Shown here one piece after another: positions 33,262 through 45,561 of a stretch of DNA of 64,000 nt. This DNA comes from Histomonas meleagridis 2922-C6/04-290x (Eukaryota > Protista > Parabasalia): positions 434,001 through 498,000 of the forward strand of contig JAANOX010000126.1 in the NCBI GenBank assembly GCA_020184695.1, in the 5' to 3' direction. Within the stretch, counting starts at the first letter, position 1. Each line of letters starts with the position of its first letter. Made by a program: the position numbers and the translations under genes. A model generated the notes under the pieces. That model was not told where the DNA came from, made no database searches, and worked only from the letters and a program-made list of their open reading frames with translations.

Positions 33262-35589
33262 TTATTTATTACAATTTCGGATCTGTTTGCCATCAAAAAC
33301 AGCAAATTTAAACTTCATTTGATATATCACTCTCCTCAATGAGATTTTTATGGGAATTCCTCTTCGAACAACAAGGATAATAACAACAACAAAGACTACA
33401 ACTACAACAACAGCTACAGGAACAGCTATCCCCACTGCTGTGTCGGTGTTACCTTTGGAGTCGTCTCCTCCATTTGATTTCATTTCTTCGTTTTTGGCAT
33501 TTGCTTCTTGTAATATCTGATTAAATTCTTGTTCTGATTGTGCATTGTTTAACTTATTAATGTACTCTTGTTGCAAATCGCCCAAATTTTCCAACTTTCC
33601 GATGTCTTGTTGTACTGTTTCTTTTTTATTTGATTTTATTTCTTCCTTTTGTGATTGCGCTTTTGCAACAATTTCATTTATTTCTTTTAGTGATTTTGCA
33701 TTTGATACTTGTGCTGTGTAATTCGATTTGTTTTCTTCATCTAAAAACTTTAATTCATCAATTTTATTCTTTGATGATGCTTTTTGTGTTTCTTCATTTT
33801 TGTTTGCTGCAGATTCTGCACTTGAAACAATTTCATTTACTTCTGTTTGTGTGTTTGCTTTTGATATTTGATCAGCATACTTTGATTTGTTTTCTTCTTC
33901 TAAAAACTTCAATTCATTTATTTTATTATTTGCTGATTTCTTTTGTGCTTTTTCATTTTCATTTGCTGTACTTTTTGCATCATCAACAATTTTATCGATT
34001 TCTTCTTCTGATTCTGCACTTGATATTTGTTTAATTTAATTTGCTTTATTTTCTTCTTCTAAAAACTTTAATTCGTTAATTTTATTCTTTGCTGATTTCT
34101 TTTGTGTTTTTTCATTTTCATTTGCTGTACTTTTTGCATCATCAACAATTTTATCGATTTCTTCTTCTGATTCTGCACTTGATATTTGTTTAATTTAATT
34201 TGCTTTATTTTCTTCATCTAAAAAGTTTAAATTATTAGTTATCCTTAAAGCATCATCTTTAAAGGATCCTTCATAATCAGAAAATGCCTTATTTCCAATA
34301 TATTGAATTGATCCCAATTTTTTCATTGCATATTTCATATGTAAGGTGCTTCACATAATAAAATGCGTAAGCACCAATAGATGTAACATTTTCTTCAATC
34401 TTAAGATCAGTAATATTAAGAAAGAAATTCTTCCACGGAGCAAGTGTTTCGTTTTCGAAATCGCGCATTGGTCCATTTCCTTTAATAGTAAGAAGCCCGT
34501 CCTCCCATGTCCACCTAAGATTTGATCCAATGCTACCAGAGTCTTTCGCTTCTAATTGATATAACAATGGCTTATCTTTAGGGGCACTAACTGTATATCT
34601 TTTATAGTGATATTCATAATCAGTAATTGATAAGCCCCATTCTAATTCACCACCTGTATATTTATAACCATTCTTATGATCTTTGGCTAAGATTCCCCTT
34701 AAGAACAAATCCTTCTTGTGAATCTTTGCTGTCGAATGCAAACCAATTTTCGCCAAGATGAACCCAATGCGTGTTTACTTGTCGTCTCTCCAACTACAGA
34801 AAAGCCTTCAACGCCTGCACGTGCAGGTGGTTGAAGAAGAGTGTTGATATAGCTGAAAAGCCTTGGCATACAGTTTTATGTAAGAAGAGTGCGGTATAGA
34901 CTGAATTTCCATTTTGAGGTATCCCGGCATATTCAACATTATCATTAATCCACCACCAAAAAACAACCAGTTTTTCGTAATCGGTGTGTAGATCATTGTC
35001 AGCACGATATCCGGTAAAATTACCTGTTGCAAACATTCGATCAACTTCTTGACGAGAAATACGTTCATGTTCTTCACTAGTCATGAGAGAAGATGTATAG
35101 TCCAAGATAATTGTGTAGTAACCATGATATTGATTTATTTGATGATAAGGTTGGAGCCACTGACTTTTAAGTGTCAAACCATTATTAGATATTTTTAAAT
35201 AGCGATAATATGACAAGTCAACTTGTTTCATATATTCGAGTGAATCAGTATATGCTTGTGTGAAATATCCTTTCCAGTAATCTCCAGCTTCACCAAAATT
35301 TACATCTTCAGGGTTGGTTGTCAATTTATAATGTTCTTCAGGAGTCATAGTGAGAGTTATTTTTACACTCATCCTCCATGTCACCAAGTTTTTTAGGAGA
35401 AATTCTAGAATTTCATCATATTGGTCATGAGTATAGTTTAGAATGGTGAGATCATGGACTTCTTCGCGAAGAGATTGACCATAAATCTTTAACAGTATAA
35501 TTAAGATTTATAACAGCATGAGCATGTGTTGGAAAAATTATAGATGCGAACATTATCAATAGAATCTTCTTTAGTTTTATCCGCTTTAA
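33262..35589 (-). pseudogene. Decayed bacterial-type surface protein: signal peptide, transglutaminase-like domain, BspA-LRR cap, 53-aa helical GA-module-like repeats, TM anchor
   Basis: KRIKLKKILLIMFASIIFPTHAHA; TVCQGFS..KHA..WVHLGENWFAFD; GSNLRWTWEDGLLTIKGNGPM..APW..VTSIGAYAF; KIDELKFLDEENK repeats. Several frameshifts and two in-frame TAA. Confidence 0.7.
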
Positions 35590-35729
35590 TTGTTGAATCA
35601 AATAATAATCTATTCCGGTGACCATTTTCAGATTCCGCAATAAACTGTTGAAAAAAAAAAAAAAAAAAAAAAAATTCAAATATTATTTTTAAATAGGTTA
35701 AAATTATTAAAATAAATATATTAAATACA

Positions 35730-36001
35730 TATCTGCTTCTATAAGTGCTGTTCTAAATGATTTAAATAATTACCAAATATTATTTTGAATTTCCAAATTA
35801 TTAAAATAAATATTAAATAAAACAAATAAATATTTTTCGCATTAATATCAATTCCTTCTTGTTCAAGAAGTAATTTCACTATTTCTGTATGACCATTATA
35901 AGAAGCAAATATAAGTGCTGTCCAAAATAATTTAAATAATTTCCAAATATTATTTTGAAATATAAAATTAATAAAATAAATTTCAAATACATTATCTATT
36001 T
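35730..36001 (-). pseudogene. Orphan ankyrin fragment with one complete interrupting element (35752-35831) and the 3' part of a second (ending 35922)
   Basis: TALIFASYNGHTEIVKLLLEQEGIDINAKN flanked by elements with TGG at -24; starts just after the AAA ATPase stop codon. Confidence 0.8.
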
Positions 36002-36003
36002 AT

Positions 36004-38022
36004 TTAATAATCTCTCTGTGACTCAAAGTTTTCATACCATGCGATTAATGAATGCGATGTTCTTGGCTTCATTACCTCTAACGCGTCCTCCAAATTCTTC
36101 TTTGATATTACTTTAGCAGGCGGCACTTGCCTCAATGCATTCATTGCAGCTTCTCTACAAATGCCTGCAATTTCGGCGCCACTATAACCATTTGTTTTCT
36201 TGGCCAACTCCGACGTATCGATATCATTTTCGAATTTCATTTTTCGCATATAAACTTTAAATATTTCATTTCGTGCATTTTCATTCGGCAATGAAACATA
36301 AATCATTCGGTCGAATCTTCCCGGTCTTAACAATGCCGGATCCAACAAATCCGGTCGATTTGTTGCAGCTATAACTACAACGGAAGCATTAAACTTAGTG
36401 TTAATTCCATCCATTTCAGTTAACAACTGAGTTAAAACTCGATCAGTGACATTGGAACCACTATCACTTGAAGATCCACGTTTCGTTGCCATTGCGTCGA
36501 TTTCATCAAAGAATATAATCGACGGCGATGCAGCACGCGCTTTCTTAAACACTTTCGCAACTGCTTTTTCACTTTCGCCTACAAATTTGTTAAATAGTTC
36601 GGGACCTTTAACAGCTATAAAGTTCATTTTACTTTCGGTGGCTATAGCTTTAGCCATTAATGTCTTAGAGCAACCAGGAGGACCAAACAATAATACTCCG
36701 CGCGGCGGCCGAATGCCCAAACGTGTGAAACATTCCGGGTTTTCTAATGGTAATGTAACTGATTCGCGTAATTTGCTTTTAACTTCTTCATAGCCGCCGA
36801 TATCATTCCAATGCACTTCGGGAACTTCGAGTGTAATATAACGTAATGACGAAGGCTTAATATGTGATATACTTTGTAATAATGTCGTCCCTTCAATGAT
36901 AGACTCACTTACAAGTCGTTCTAAATCACCTGCGCAAAATCCAGTTGCAGATTTCGATGAATTAACGATGTCGTCTTCTGTAAATTCAGGAGAATTAATA
37001 CATAATGACTTAAGGATTTTATGGCGCTCTTCAGGCGTTGGTGTTTGGATCTCTATGACTTCTGTGATACGATCGGAATGAAATAATATTCGAGGAAAGT
37101 TTTCAATGTCCGACGTAGTTATAATTGTTTTATACTTTTCACATAAAATTGAGATCGTGGAAATCAGTCGGCGTGAAACTTCATCATTCCCTAATACTTC
37201 GGCATTTTCTAGGACGTATACATCATAGCCTTTGGCGTTGAGAAGAATTTGCTCCGAAATTCCATAAGAATTTGATAAAAGGGAAGGTAAGGAATGAGTA
37301 CAAAAACTGAGTTTGGGATGATTGTATATAATGGACTTAAGAAGTTTCGTCTTGCCACAACTTGTAGGACCGGTTAGAAGTATTGATTTATGTTGTGATC
37401 GATTGCTTATGATTTCTGAGATTTTGGAATATTGACTTTCAAGTGAAACGGGAATACTAGTGGATTCAATCGTGGTTGTAATAAAGGTTGTACGCGGAAC
37501 AATTCGAAAATATTCATTTTCATTTTCGGTTTTGGTGATAGAATAATATTTATTGCCATAAAAAAGGACTGTGCCACTCTTAACTACAAGGCCATTGTAG
37601 ATAGAGTTGAAAATTGAACAAATAGATTGAGGACAATTGATGATAAAAATTCTTTCTGCATCAATAAATTGATCAATTGGAATTAAACTAAAAGAGGATT
37701 TTCTGTTTCGTTGAATTTGAAGATAATTAACAATTAGATCATCAATAGCAAATTCATTTTTGCTTACTTTATTAGATGGCCAGCAATGAACTATAATGGA
37801 ACGATCACCATTTGTTATTTCGAGTGGCACATCTGTAGAAACACCATTTATACACATAATATCAGGATGAACAAGACATCTTAAAAATGGTGGTTTTCCT
37901 GGAATATCTCTTAAACCTGTTTGTGTAAATGAAAATGACGATAAAAGGAGTTTCATAGGTTGTGGATCTATTGGCCAATCAGTTGGTTTTTGGATTTTTG
38001 GATTTTTTCCTTTTTTTTTCAT
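36004..38022 (-). CDS. AAA+ ATPase (CDC48 family, SPATA5/AFG2-like)
   Basis: Two AAA modules (GPTSCGKT; GPPGCSKT, FFDEIDA, AATNRPDLLDPALLRPGRFD). Confidence 0.92.
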   Translation of the reverse strand: MKKKGKNPKIQKPTDWPIDPQPMKLLLSSFSFTQTGLRDIPGKPPFLRCLVHPDIMCINGVSTDVPLEITNGDRSIIVHCWPSNKVSKNEFAIDDLIVNYLQIQRNRKSSFSLIPIDQFIDAERIFIINCPQSICSIFNSIYNGLVVKSGTVLFYGNKYYSITKTENENEYFRIVPRTTFITTTIESTSIPVSLESQYSKISEIISNRSQHKSILLTGPTSCGKTKLLKSIIYNHPKLSFCTHSLPSLLSNSYGISEQILLNAKGYDVYVLENAEVLGNDEVSRRLISTISILCEKYKTIITTSDIENFPRILFHSDRITEVIEIQTPTPEERHKILKSLCINSPEFTEDDIVNSSKSATGFCAGDLERLVSESIIEGTTLLQSISHIKPSSLRYITLEVPEVHWNDIGGYEEVKSKLRESVTLPLENPECFTRLGIRPPRGVLLFGPPGCSKTLMAKAIATESKMNFIAVKGPELFNKFVGESEKAVAKVFKKARAASPSIIFFDEIDAMATKRGSSSDSGSNVTDRVLTQLLTEMDGINTKFNASVVVIAATNRPDLLDPALLRPGRFDRMIYVSLPNENARNEIFKVYMRKMKFENDIDTSELAKKTNGYSGAEIAGICREAAMNALRQVPPAKVISKKNLEDALEVMKPRTSHSLIAWYENFESQRDY

Positions 38023-38438
38023 TTGAAGAAGATCTTATTTAACAGTATATGTGAAAAATTTCACATAAATGTACTGGTCGTTCAGATATTTGTAAAGTAT
38101 TCATTTTATCCACAACGATATGATAAACGGTCATATTGCCATGTAGGTCAATTTCACCTCAAGGAAATTTACAAAAAACACATTTTCCATTATGTAAATT
38201 TCAACTCTAATTGATCCTAAAAAATTCAGATGTTAATTGTAAATCAAAACGAATTCTCTCAAGATTACATTGAAATTTGAAATCAATAAATGAAACATTT
38301 ATTTATGAAATAAATTATCAGTCATTTTTGATGTATGTATATTTAATTTCTCAAAAAAAAAAATTCTTGATTTCAAAAGTTTTGAGCTTCTTTTATCGTA
38401 TATTTAACCCATGTATCCTTGTTTATTTTTTTATATTG

Positions 38439-40032
38439 ATGGGAAATACTGTGACCAAAGCAAAAAATATACAACAAACTCATTCATCATACCAAAGTAG
38501 GTTTATACTTGAATCGCTAGAAGGAATTATTTTTAAATTATCTGAAGATAATATTCATGATTCTGCTGAAATGACGTTGTATTTAGTATATGAGAATTTT
38601 TTGGATTTTCCTTATTATTTTATTTGTAGATTTATTTATTCATCATTTATTTCAAAACGGAAAGATTGTACATTTTATTTTATGTTTATAGAAGAAATTA
38701 ATACTAAAGAAAAAGATATAAACCCAAGCATTAATGGATTGATTAATGAATTTGTAAATTTTATTCTTTCATTAAATTCTAATGAATCGTTTTATCTTCT
38801 TGAAAAGATGATCGAAATGAATTTAATCTCTTCATCTTTAGTCAAGGATAAAAACACTTTTTATTTCGCACATTATATTGATAATGAGGATTTGTCATTT
38901 TATAAAAATAAGAATGAAAATTATGATGAACTTTCAGCAAATGATTATGAGCTTCATAAGAAATATATTACAGAAGGACACAATCCAGATAAAATTGCAA
39001 AAATACTTCAAAATGATGAAATAGAAAAACTTCAAGAAATATCATCGCAAACTAATTTTAATTTTAATCAATATATTAAACCATCACTTTATGAAAGATA
39101 TTCATATATTAATCATTCATTTGTTTCATTAATTGAATATGCTGCATTTTTTGGGTCTGCTAATTGTTTTAAATATTTACTTATGAATGATGCAAATGTA
39201 ATGTATGCTGGTAAATATGCAATTGCAGGTGGAAATCTTGAAATTATTCATTTATGTGAGCAAAATCATGCATCATTTGAAAATGCAAATGAAACGGCAA
39301 TTGAATTCCATCGAAATAATATCTTTAAATATCTTTATAAAAATAAAATTGTTGAAAATTATAATGAATATGAAATTTTATGCTTACTTTTAACAAATGA
39401 ATTCATGAATATTAAATTATTTAATATTTTACTTGAACAAGAAAGAATTAATGTCAATGCAAAAGATATTTTTTTGTTTTATTGAAAATTTGTTTTAATA
39501 AATTAGAGGAGGAATTTAATATTTGGAAATTATTTAAAATATTTAATACATTGCTTTTTTATGCATCTGAAAAAGGTAACATAGAAATAGCTAAATTGCT
39601 TCTTGAACAAAAATGGATTGACATTAACGCAAAAAATTTTTATTTGTTTTATTTGATATTTTTTAAATATTTTTTGTGTTTCAAAATGATATTTGGAAAT
39701 TTCTTGAAATATTTGAAACAGCACTTATTTGGTCTTCTAGAAATGGTAAACTAGTTGGGGTTAAATTACTTCTTGAGCAAAAAGGTATTGATGTTAATGC
39801 AAAAGATAACATATTTTTTAATAATTTAATATATCAAAATAATATTCAGAAATTATTTAAATTATTTAACACAGCACTTATATATTCATCCGAAAACGGT
39901 CATTTAGAAATAGTTAAACTACTTCTTGAACAAAAAGGTATTGATGTTAATGCTAAAGATATTTATTTGTTTTATTTAATATTTATATCCTTTAATTTTG
40001 TGTTTTGTTACAGATTAGAATTAATAATATGA
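38439..40032 (+). CDS. DUF3447/ankyrin-repeat protein, locus B, with interrupting elements
   Basis: ATG at 38439 (MGNTVT). Inserts at 39468-39547 (80 nt), 39638-39717 (80 nt), 39808-39870 (63 nt, in frame); a partial fourth starts at 39961. Confidence 0.75.
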
Positions 40033-40493
40033 TTTCTCGCACGACAACACAAATATTTATCGTCACTTTCACGTTATTGCTTACTTTCTTTAATTTCATA
40101 AATTTTTAATGTTAAAAAGATGTTTTTCTCTTGTTAATAAGCTTATTAATAGAAATTTGGTGATGAGTGAGATACAAAGTGATTACATTGTATTTATTTT
40201 GTTCCAAAAATTAAACAGAAATAATTTATAACATAAATAAAGATAACTTTGATACATCTATTTCAACATTATGCAAATTTTATGATAATTCACAAACGTA
40301 TTCATTCAACTTGATCATCTACCGTTTCATTTATCCTATGTTTGTAGCAAAACTGAAAGATATAGATATAATTATTGAGTTTTTGAATTTAATTGAACGA
40401 GAGATCAATAAAAATTAAGTTCAAATACTTGACATCTTTTCTCAATTCCTTCTGGAAAATAACACACAAGAATCTAATTATATTATTGGAAAG

Positions 40494-41997
40494 TTGATAG
40501 AAAAAGGTTTAATTAACTCATCAATTACTGAGAATATGAAGAGTTTATTTTTTTCACATTTTAAGGCAAATTTCGTTTTAGACAATAGATATCAATTTTC
40601 CGAATATTTCTCCGAAAACCTTGAAAAACTTAAAGCGAATAATTGGGAACTTCATAAGAAATATGTTAAAGAAGGAATAAATCAGAATGAAATTGTGAAA
40701 ATAATTCGAAATGATGAAGTAGAAAAACTTCAAGAAATATCATCACAAACAAATTTTGATTTTAACCGAACAATTGAACCATCACTTTATGAAAGATGTT
40801 CATTTGTTAATCAAAAGAATGTCTCATTAATTGATTATGCAGCATTTTTTGGATCTGTTAAATGTTTTAAATATTTACTTATGAATGGTGCAAAATTAGA
40901 TAACACAGGTAAATTTGCTGTAGCAGATGGAAATGAAGAAATCATTCATTTATGTGAACAAAATCATTCATCATTCGAAAGTACATATGAAACTGCAATT
41001 GAATTTCATCGAAATAATATCTTTAAATATTTATATGAGAATAAAATTGAAAGGGTTAATGATTTAGAAAAATTAGGAGAAAAATGATTTTGTGTTGTAA
41101 TTTTGATATTCTTTCATTTTTGATTGAAAAAGGAATGGAAATAAATGAAAATATTATCATTGCTTCGATTGTAACAGGTAATTTATATATTGTTCAATAT
41201 TTTCTTGAAAGCAATCCTATTCCTATTGATTTTTTAAAAATTTCAGGCTTTTCTAGAAATGTAGAACTTTCTAACTATTTAATTAACAATAGATATATAG
41301 ATTTAAGCAAGATTGTTTGTTTATTTTATTGGATTTTTATTAAGGTAATTTTTTGTTTCATAAAAATTTTTAAATTTTTTTCAAAATATTTGTAGCTCTT
41401 ACAAATGCTTCAAAAAATGGTTATACAGAAATCGTTAAATTACTTCTTGAACAAGAAGGAATTGATGTTAATGCTAAAAATATTTCTTTATTATATATGA
41501 TATTTGTTTTAATAATTTTATATTTCAAAATAATATTTGGAAATTATTTAAATTATTTCGAACAGCACTTATTTTAGCATCTTTAAATGGTCATACAGAA
41601 ATAGTTAAATTACTTCTTGAACAAGAAGGAATTGATATTAATGCTAAAAATGTTTATTTATTTTATTTAAATTTTATTTTAATAATTTTGGATTTCAAAA
41701 TAATTTTTGGAAATTATTTAAATTATTTAATACAGCACTTTTTTTCGCATCTTTATGTGGTCGTACAGAAATAGTTAAATTACTTCTTGAACATGAAGGA
41801 ATTGATATTAATGCTAAAGATATTTTTTTATTTTATTTAATATTTATTTTAATAATTTTATATTTTAAAATAATATTTGGAAATTATTTAAATTATTTAA
41901 AACAGTACTTATATCTGCATCTGAAAATGGTCATACAGAAATCGTTAAATTACTTCTTGAACAAGAAGGAATTGATGCTAATGAAAAAAATATTTAA
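40494..41997 (+). pseudogene. DUF3447/ankyrin locus C; 5' part frameshifted, four interrupting elements
   Basis: Frameshift in an A-run near 41083. Inserts at about 41315-41391 (77 nt), 41482-41561, 41652-41731 and 41822-41901 (80 nt each, 170-nt period). Confidence 0.75.
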
Positions 41998-42359
41998 TTT
42001 ATTTTAGTAATTTTATGTTTTAAATTAGTTTTTGGAGATTAATTAAAATGTGTTGAAGAAATCGATTTCGCTTTTATAAAAAAAACCGTAAGTTTTTTTT
42101 ATAGATAATATGCTTATTAGAAAAATATTTGATTCATAGTCTTTTTCAAAATTGTTTTATTATTTTGAGAATTAATTTATAAAAATTGGCATGTATACAC
42201 AATTTTTAAGATTCATAAAATATTTTTAGTTTTTATTGAGTGGACCGTTGTATCATCAGCTTTAACTAAGCAAACCTAAAACAAAAATTGTTTAAGAATG
42301 TTTGATTGTTCCAATTACAAGGAACGTAAAAAAGCGTTTCTATCTGATATTCTAAATAT

Positions 42360-43368
42360 ATGTCTGAAAAACAGAAAAATAATACTAATAATTCATATTC
42401 TTTGCAAAGAAAAAGTGAAAGCTCATTAGGAAAAAAAATTTTTATGGAAACACTTTTAGCAATCGAACGTGCAATATTCTTAAAATATTTAGAATCGATT
42501 CAAACTAAAGAAGAAAAAATTAACAAAAATAAAACTCAAATCATTGATATTTTTATTGATTACATATCTCAAATGGAAACATATTATTTAATCGAGAAAA
42601 TGATTGAAAAAAAAATTAGTTGACGGAAACATAACAAAATAATTTTCTACAAAATATTTGATGCATTATGAAACAATAAGAGATAACAGAATGTTATCTT
42701 ATAATTATGATAATCATGAAGAAAATAAGAAATTATTTTCAGAAGGAGTTAATGAAAATGAAATTGCTAAAATGATTCGAAATGAGAAATTGAAAAACTT
42801 CAATAAATTTCATCTAAATCAAATTTTGACTTTAATCAAACAATTAAAACATCACTCTATGAAAGATGTTGATTTATTAATGAAGAAAATGTTGCATTAA
42901 TTGATTATGCAGTATTTTTTTCTTCTGTTAAATTTTTTAAATATTTACTTATGAATGGTGCGAATGTTAAAAACCAGATTAAATAATACAGGTAATTATG
43001 CAATTGCAAGTGGAAACATTGAAATCATTCATTTATGTGAACAAAACTCTTTATCATTTGAAGGTGCATATGAAACTGCAATTAAATTACATAAAAATGA
43101 TGTATAAAAAAAAGTTCATGAAAATAAATTAGAAAAATTAGACAAAAATTACCAAAAATCAACAAAAAGAAAACTTATTAATGCAGCTCTTAATGATAAT
43201 ATAGAAATATTAAAATTACTTCTTAAACAAGACGGAATTGAGATTAATACTGAAGATAAATAAATATTTATTACATTTAGAGATTATTTGAATAATTTTA
43301 TATTTATAAATAATTTTCGTGGTTTATATAAATAATTTAACAAAGCGCTAGCTTTTGCAAGAAAATAA
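42360..43368 (+). pseudogene. Degenerate DUF3447/ankyrin locus D
   Basis: Multiple frameshifts and stops; one degenerate 84-nt insert at 43258-43341. Confidence 0.7.
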
Positions 43369-43607
43369 TAAATAAAACTTTTTTAATGATTTAAAAAATT
43401 TTCATGTTATTCAATTCAATTATAATGAATGGAAACATTATTTGTTTGTTTCAGTATTTGGTAATTATTTAATCTAAAAAAACATTTATCTACAAAACTC
43501 ATAATTTTTTAATTTGAGTTTAAAAAAAGACGTTTCTAATCATATGATAAAAATATAACATATAAATCTTTCATGATGTGACAGTATAATTTTTGGAATA
43601 TTGAAAT

Positions 43608-44300
43608 TTATTCGTATTTAAAATTCCTTTTGCGATATAAAAATGATGGAATTGAACTCGTATATTTTGGTCGATATTTAGGATATTTCTTGATTGTATC
43701 TCCTTTATTTTGTTTAACATGTTTGCTTGGCGTTATTTTTTCTAGGATTTTTGTTCTTCCTCCAATATTATCTGTTTTATATCTCTGTTTTTCTTTGATA
43801 ATATTTCCTTTTTCTTTATCAATATCACTGTTAATATTTTCATTTTCATATGTTAAATCACTCGGAATATCTTCAAAATATCGATATTTCCTTCCTGACA
43901 TTTTACTTTCAAATCGTGCCTTTTCTCGTATATAATTTTTTTGTGTTTTAAAATGTTCTCGTGATAAAAATCCAATTTCACCACTTAATGCTGCTCCTAA
44001 TACATGTGGATCAATATCCATATAATTAATTTCTTCATGACTATCATGAATATATTTGTTATTATTATTTATAATAATATCTTTTGAATGTTCTTCATTT
44101 TCATCAATTTCATCAATTTCTTCTCTTCAAATGATGATGATGTTGAAAGTGTTCTTGGTGGTTCACCTGCATGTAATGTTTCAAATTCATATTCTGTAAT
44201 AGGAATTCTTAATGGTCGTTGAGAATTATCAATAGGTCTTTGAAGAAATTTTGTAATATCAATTTCATTATTTTGTTTTATTTTTATTCATTTGATTCAT
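43608..44300 (-). pseudogene. Frameshifted copy of hypothetical gene 60255-60941
   Basis: 1-nt deletion near 44120 relative to the partner. Confidence 0.75.
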
Positions 44301-44375
44301 TTTGTTAAAATACGTTTAAATCAATAACCGTTATTTGATAATCAAATTCAAATTATATTAAAAGTGTCATTTTAA

Positions 44376-45141
44376 ATGGAAAGGAAAAAACCAATTTTTG
44401 AAGTTGAAGAATTTAAAGCTTATCAAGAAAGTGAAGGATTTTTATGTCATTGAAAATACGCCGAAGAAATTTGAAGGAAAATCAGTTTCTATATATTTAA
44501 TTGAAGGGAAAGAAAAAGCTTTAGTTATTGATACAGGTTTTCCATCTGATGGTTTCAAAGAATTTATTACAAAACTTACGAACAAGCCATTAATTCTTTG
44601 TCTTACACATGGACATGTTGATCATGCAGGAAATATTTACGATTTTGATGAAATTTATATGAATGAATCCGATAAATTTTTGATACCTAATTATAAAGGA
44701 CAAATTCATAATGTTCGACAAGGTTATAAATTTGAAATAGGCGAACGTTTTGTTGAAGTTTATGAATTCCAAGGGCACACGCCAGGCTCCATTGGGCTCC
44801 TTGACAGCAAAGAACATTATCTTTTCACGGGCGATGCCATTGGGAGTGGTGAAGTCTGGATGCACATTACGACACTTCCGCTTGAATCCATTTTATCAGT
44901 TACAAAATTTATTCATCAACTCCGGGAAGAAATCACGCGAATTTACGTTGGACATTTACTTTCACCAGTTGGTCTTGATTATGTTGATAAAGTTGAAAAT
45001 ATTGTCAACAAAATTGTTAAAGGTGAAGAATACGAATCAGAGAAATACGATCCGCCATTTCCAGTTGAGTGTGAACCATATTTTGTACGCGAAGACGGGG
45101 TCAGCGTTATCTTTAATCCTCGCAAAATTCACTATATTTAA
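44376..45141 (+). pseudogene. Frameshifted copy of the MBL-fold hydrolase
   Basis: Extra T near 44440 (T5 versus T4 in the partner). Confidence 0.75.
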
Positions 45142-45561
45142 ATAAAAGTAATTTCATAATAAATTATTTTTATTTTTATTCTTAAATATAATAAAGTAAA
45201 ACGACTTTATCTAAAAGAGATATCACATTTTTAATTAAAAAATATGAAATAATATCACAATAAAACAAGTTTCAGAAATGAGTTGACATTAATGCAAAAG
45301 ATATTTCAAAGATTTAAATGAATTTAAATACACAAATGAAACAAGTTTGAGATGACACCTTCTGATAAATGAACAGAAGGAAATATTTCTCTGACTTTAA
45401 TAAAATGCAAACAATTTCATTTATTCAAAAAGTTTTATCAAATTGCAGTATCAATTTCTGAGATCAGAACAGTGTCTTTCGAAAAAATTGATTTTGAAAA
45501 TAGTTCGATAAAAAGTGAGTGTACAAAATATGCGATTTAGGCAATAAATTTTTGTCCATTT

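Noticed and set aside
12339-41901. Inserts as sequencing or assembly errors
   Set aside because: They are long, mutually homologous but non-identical, position-specific, and occur on both strands at several loci.
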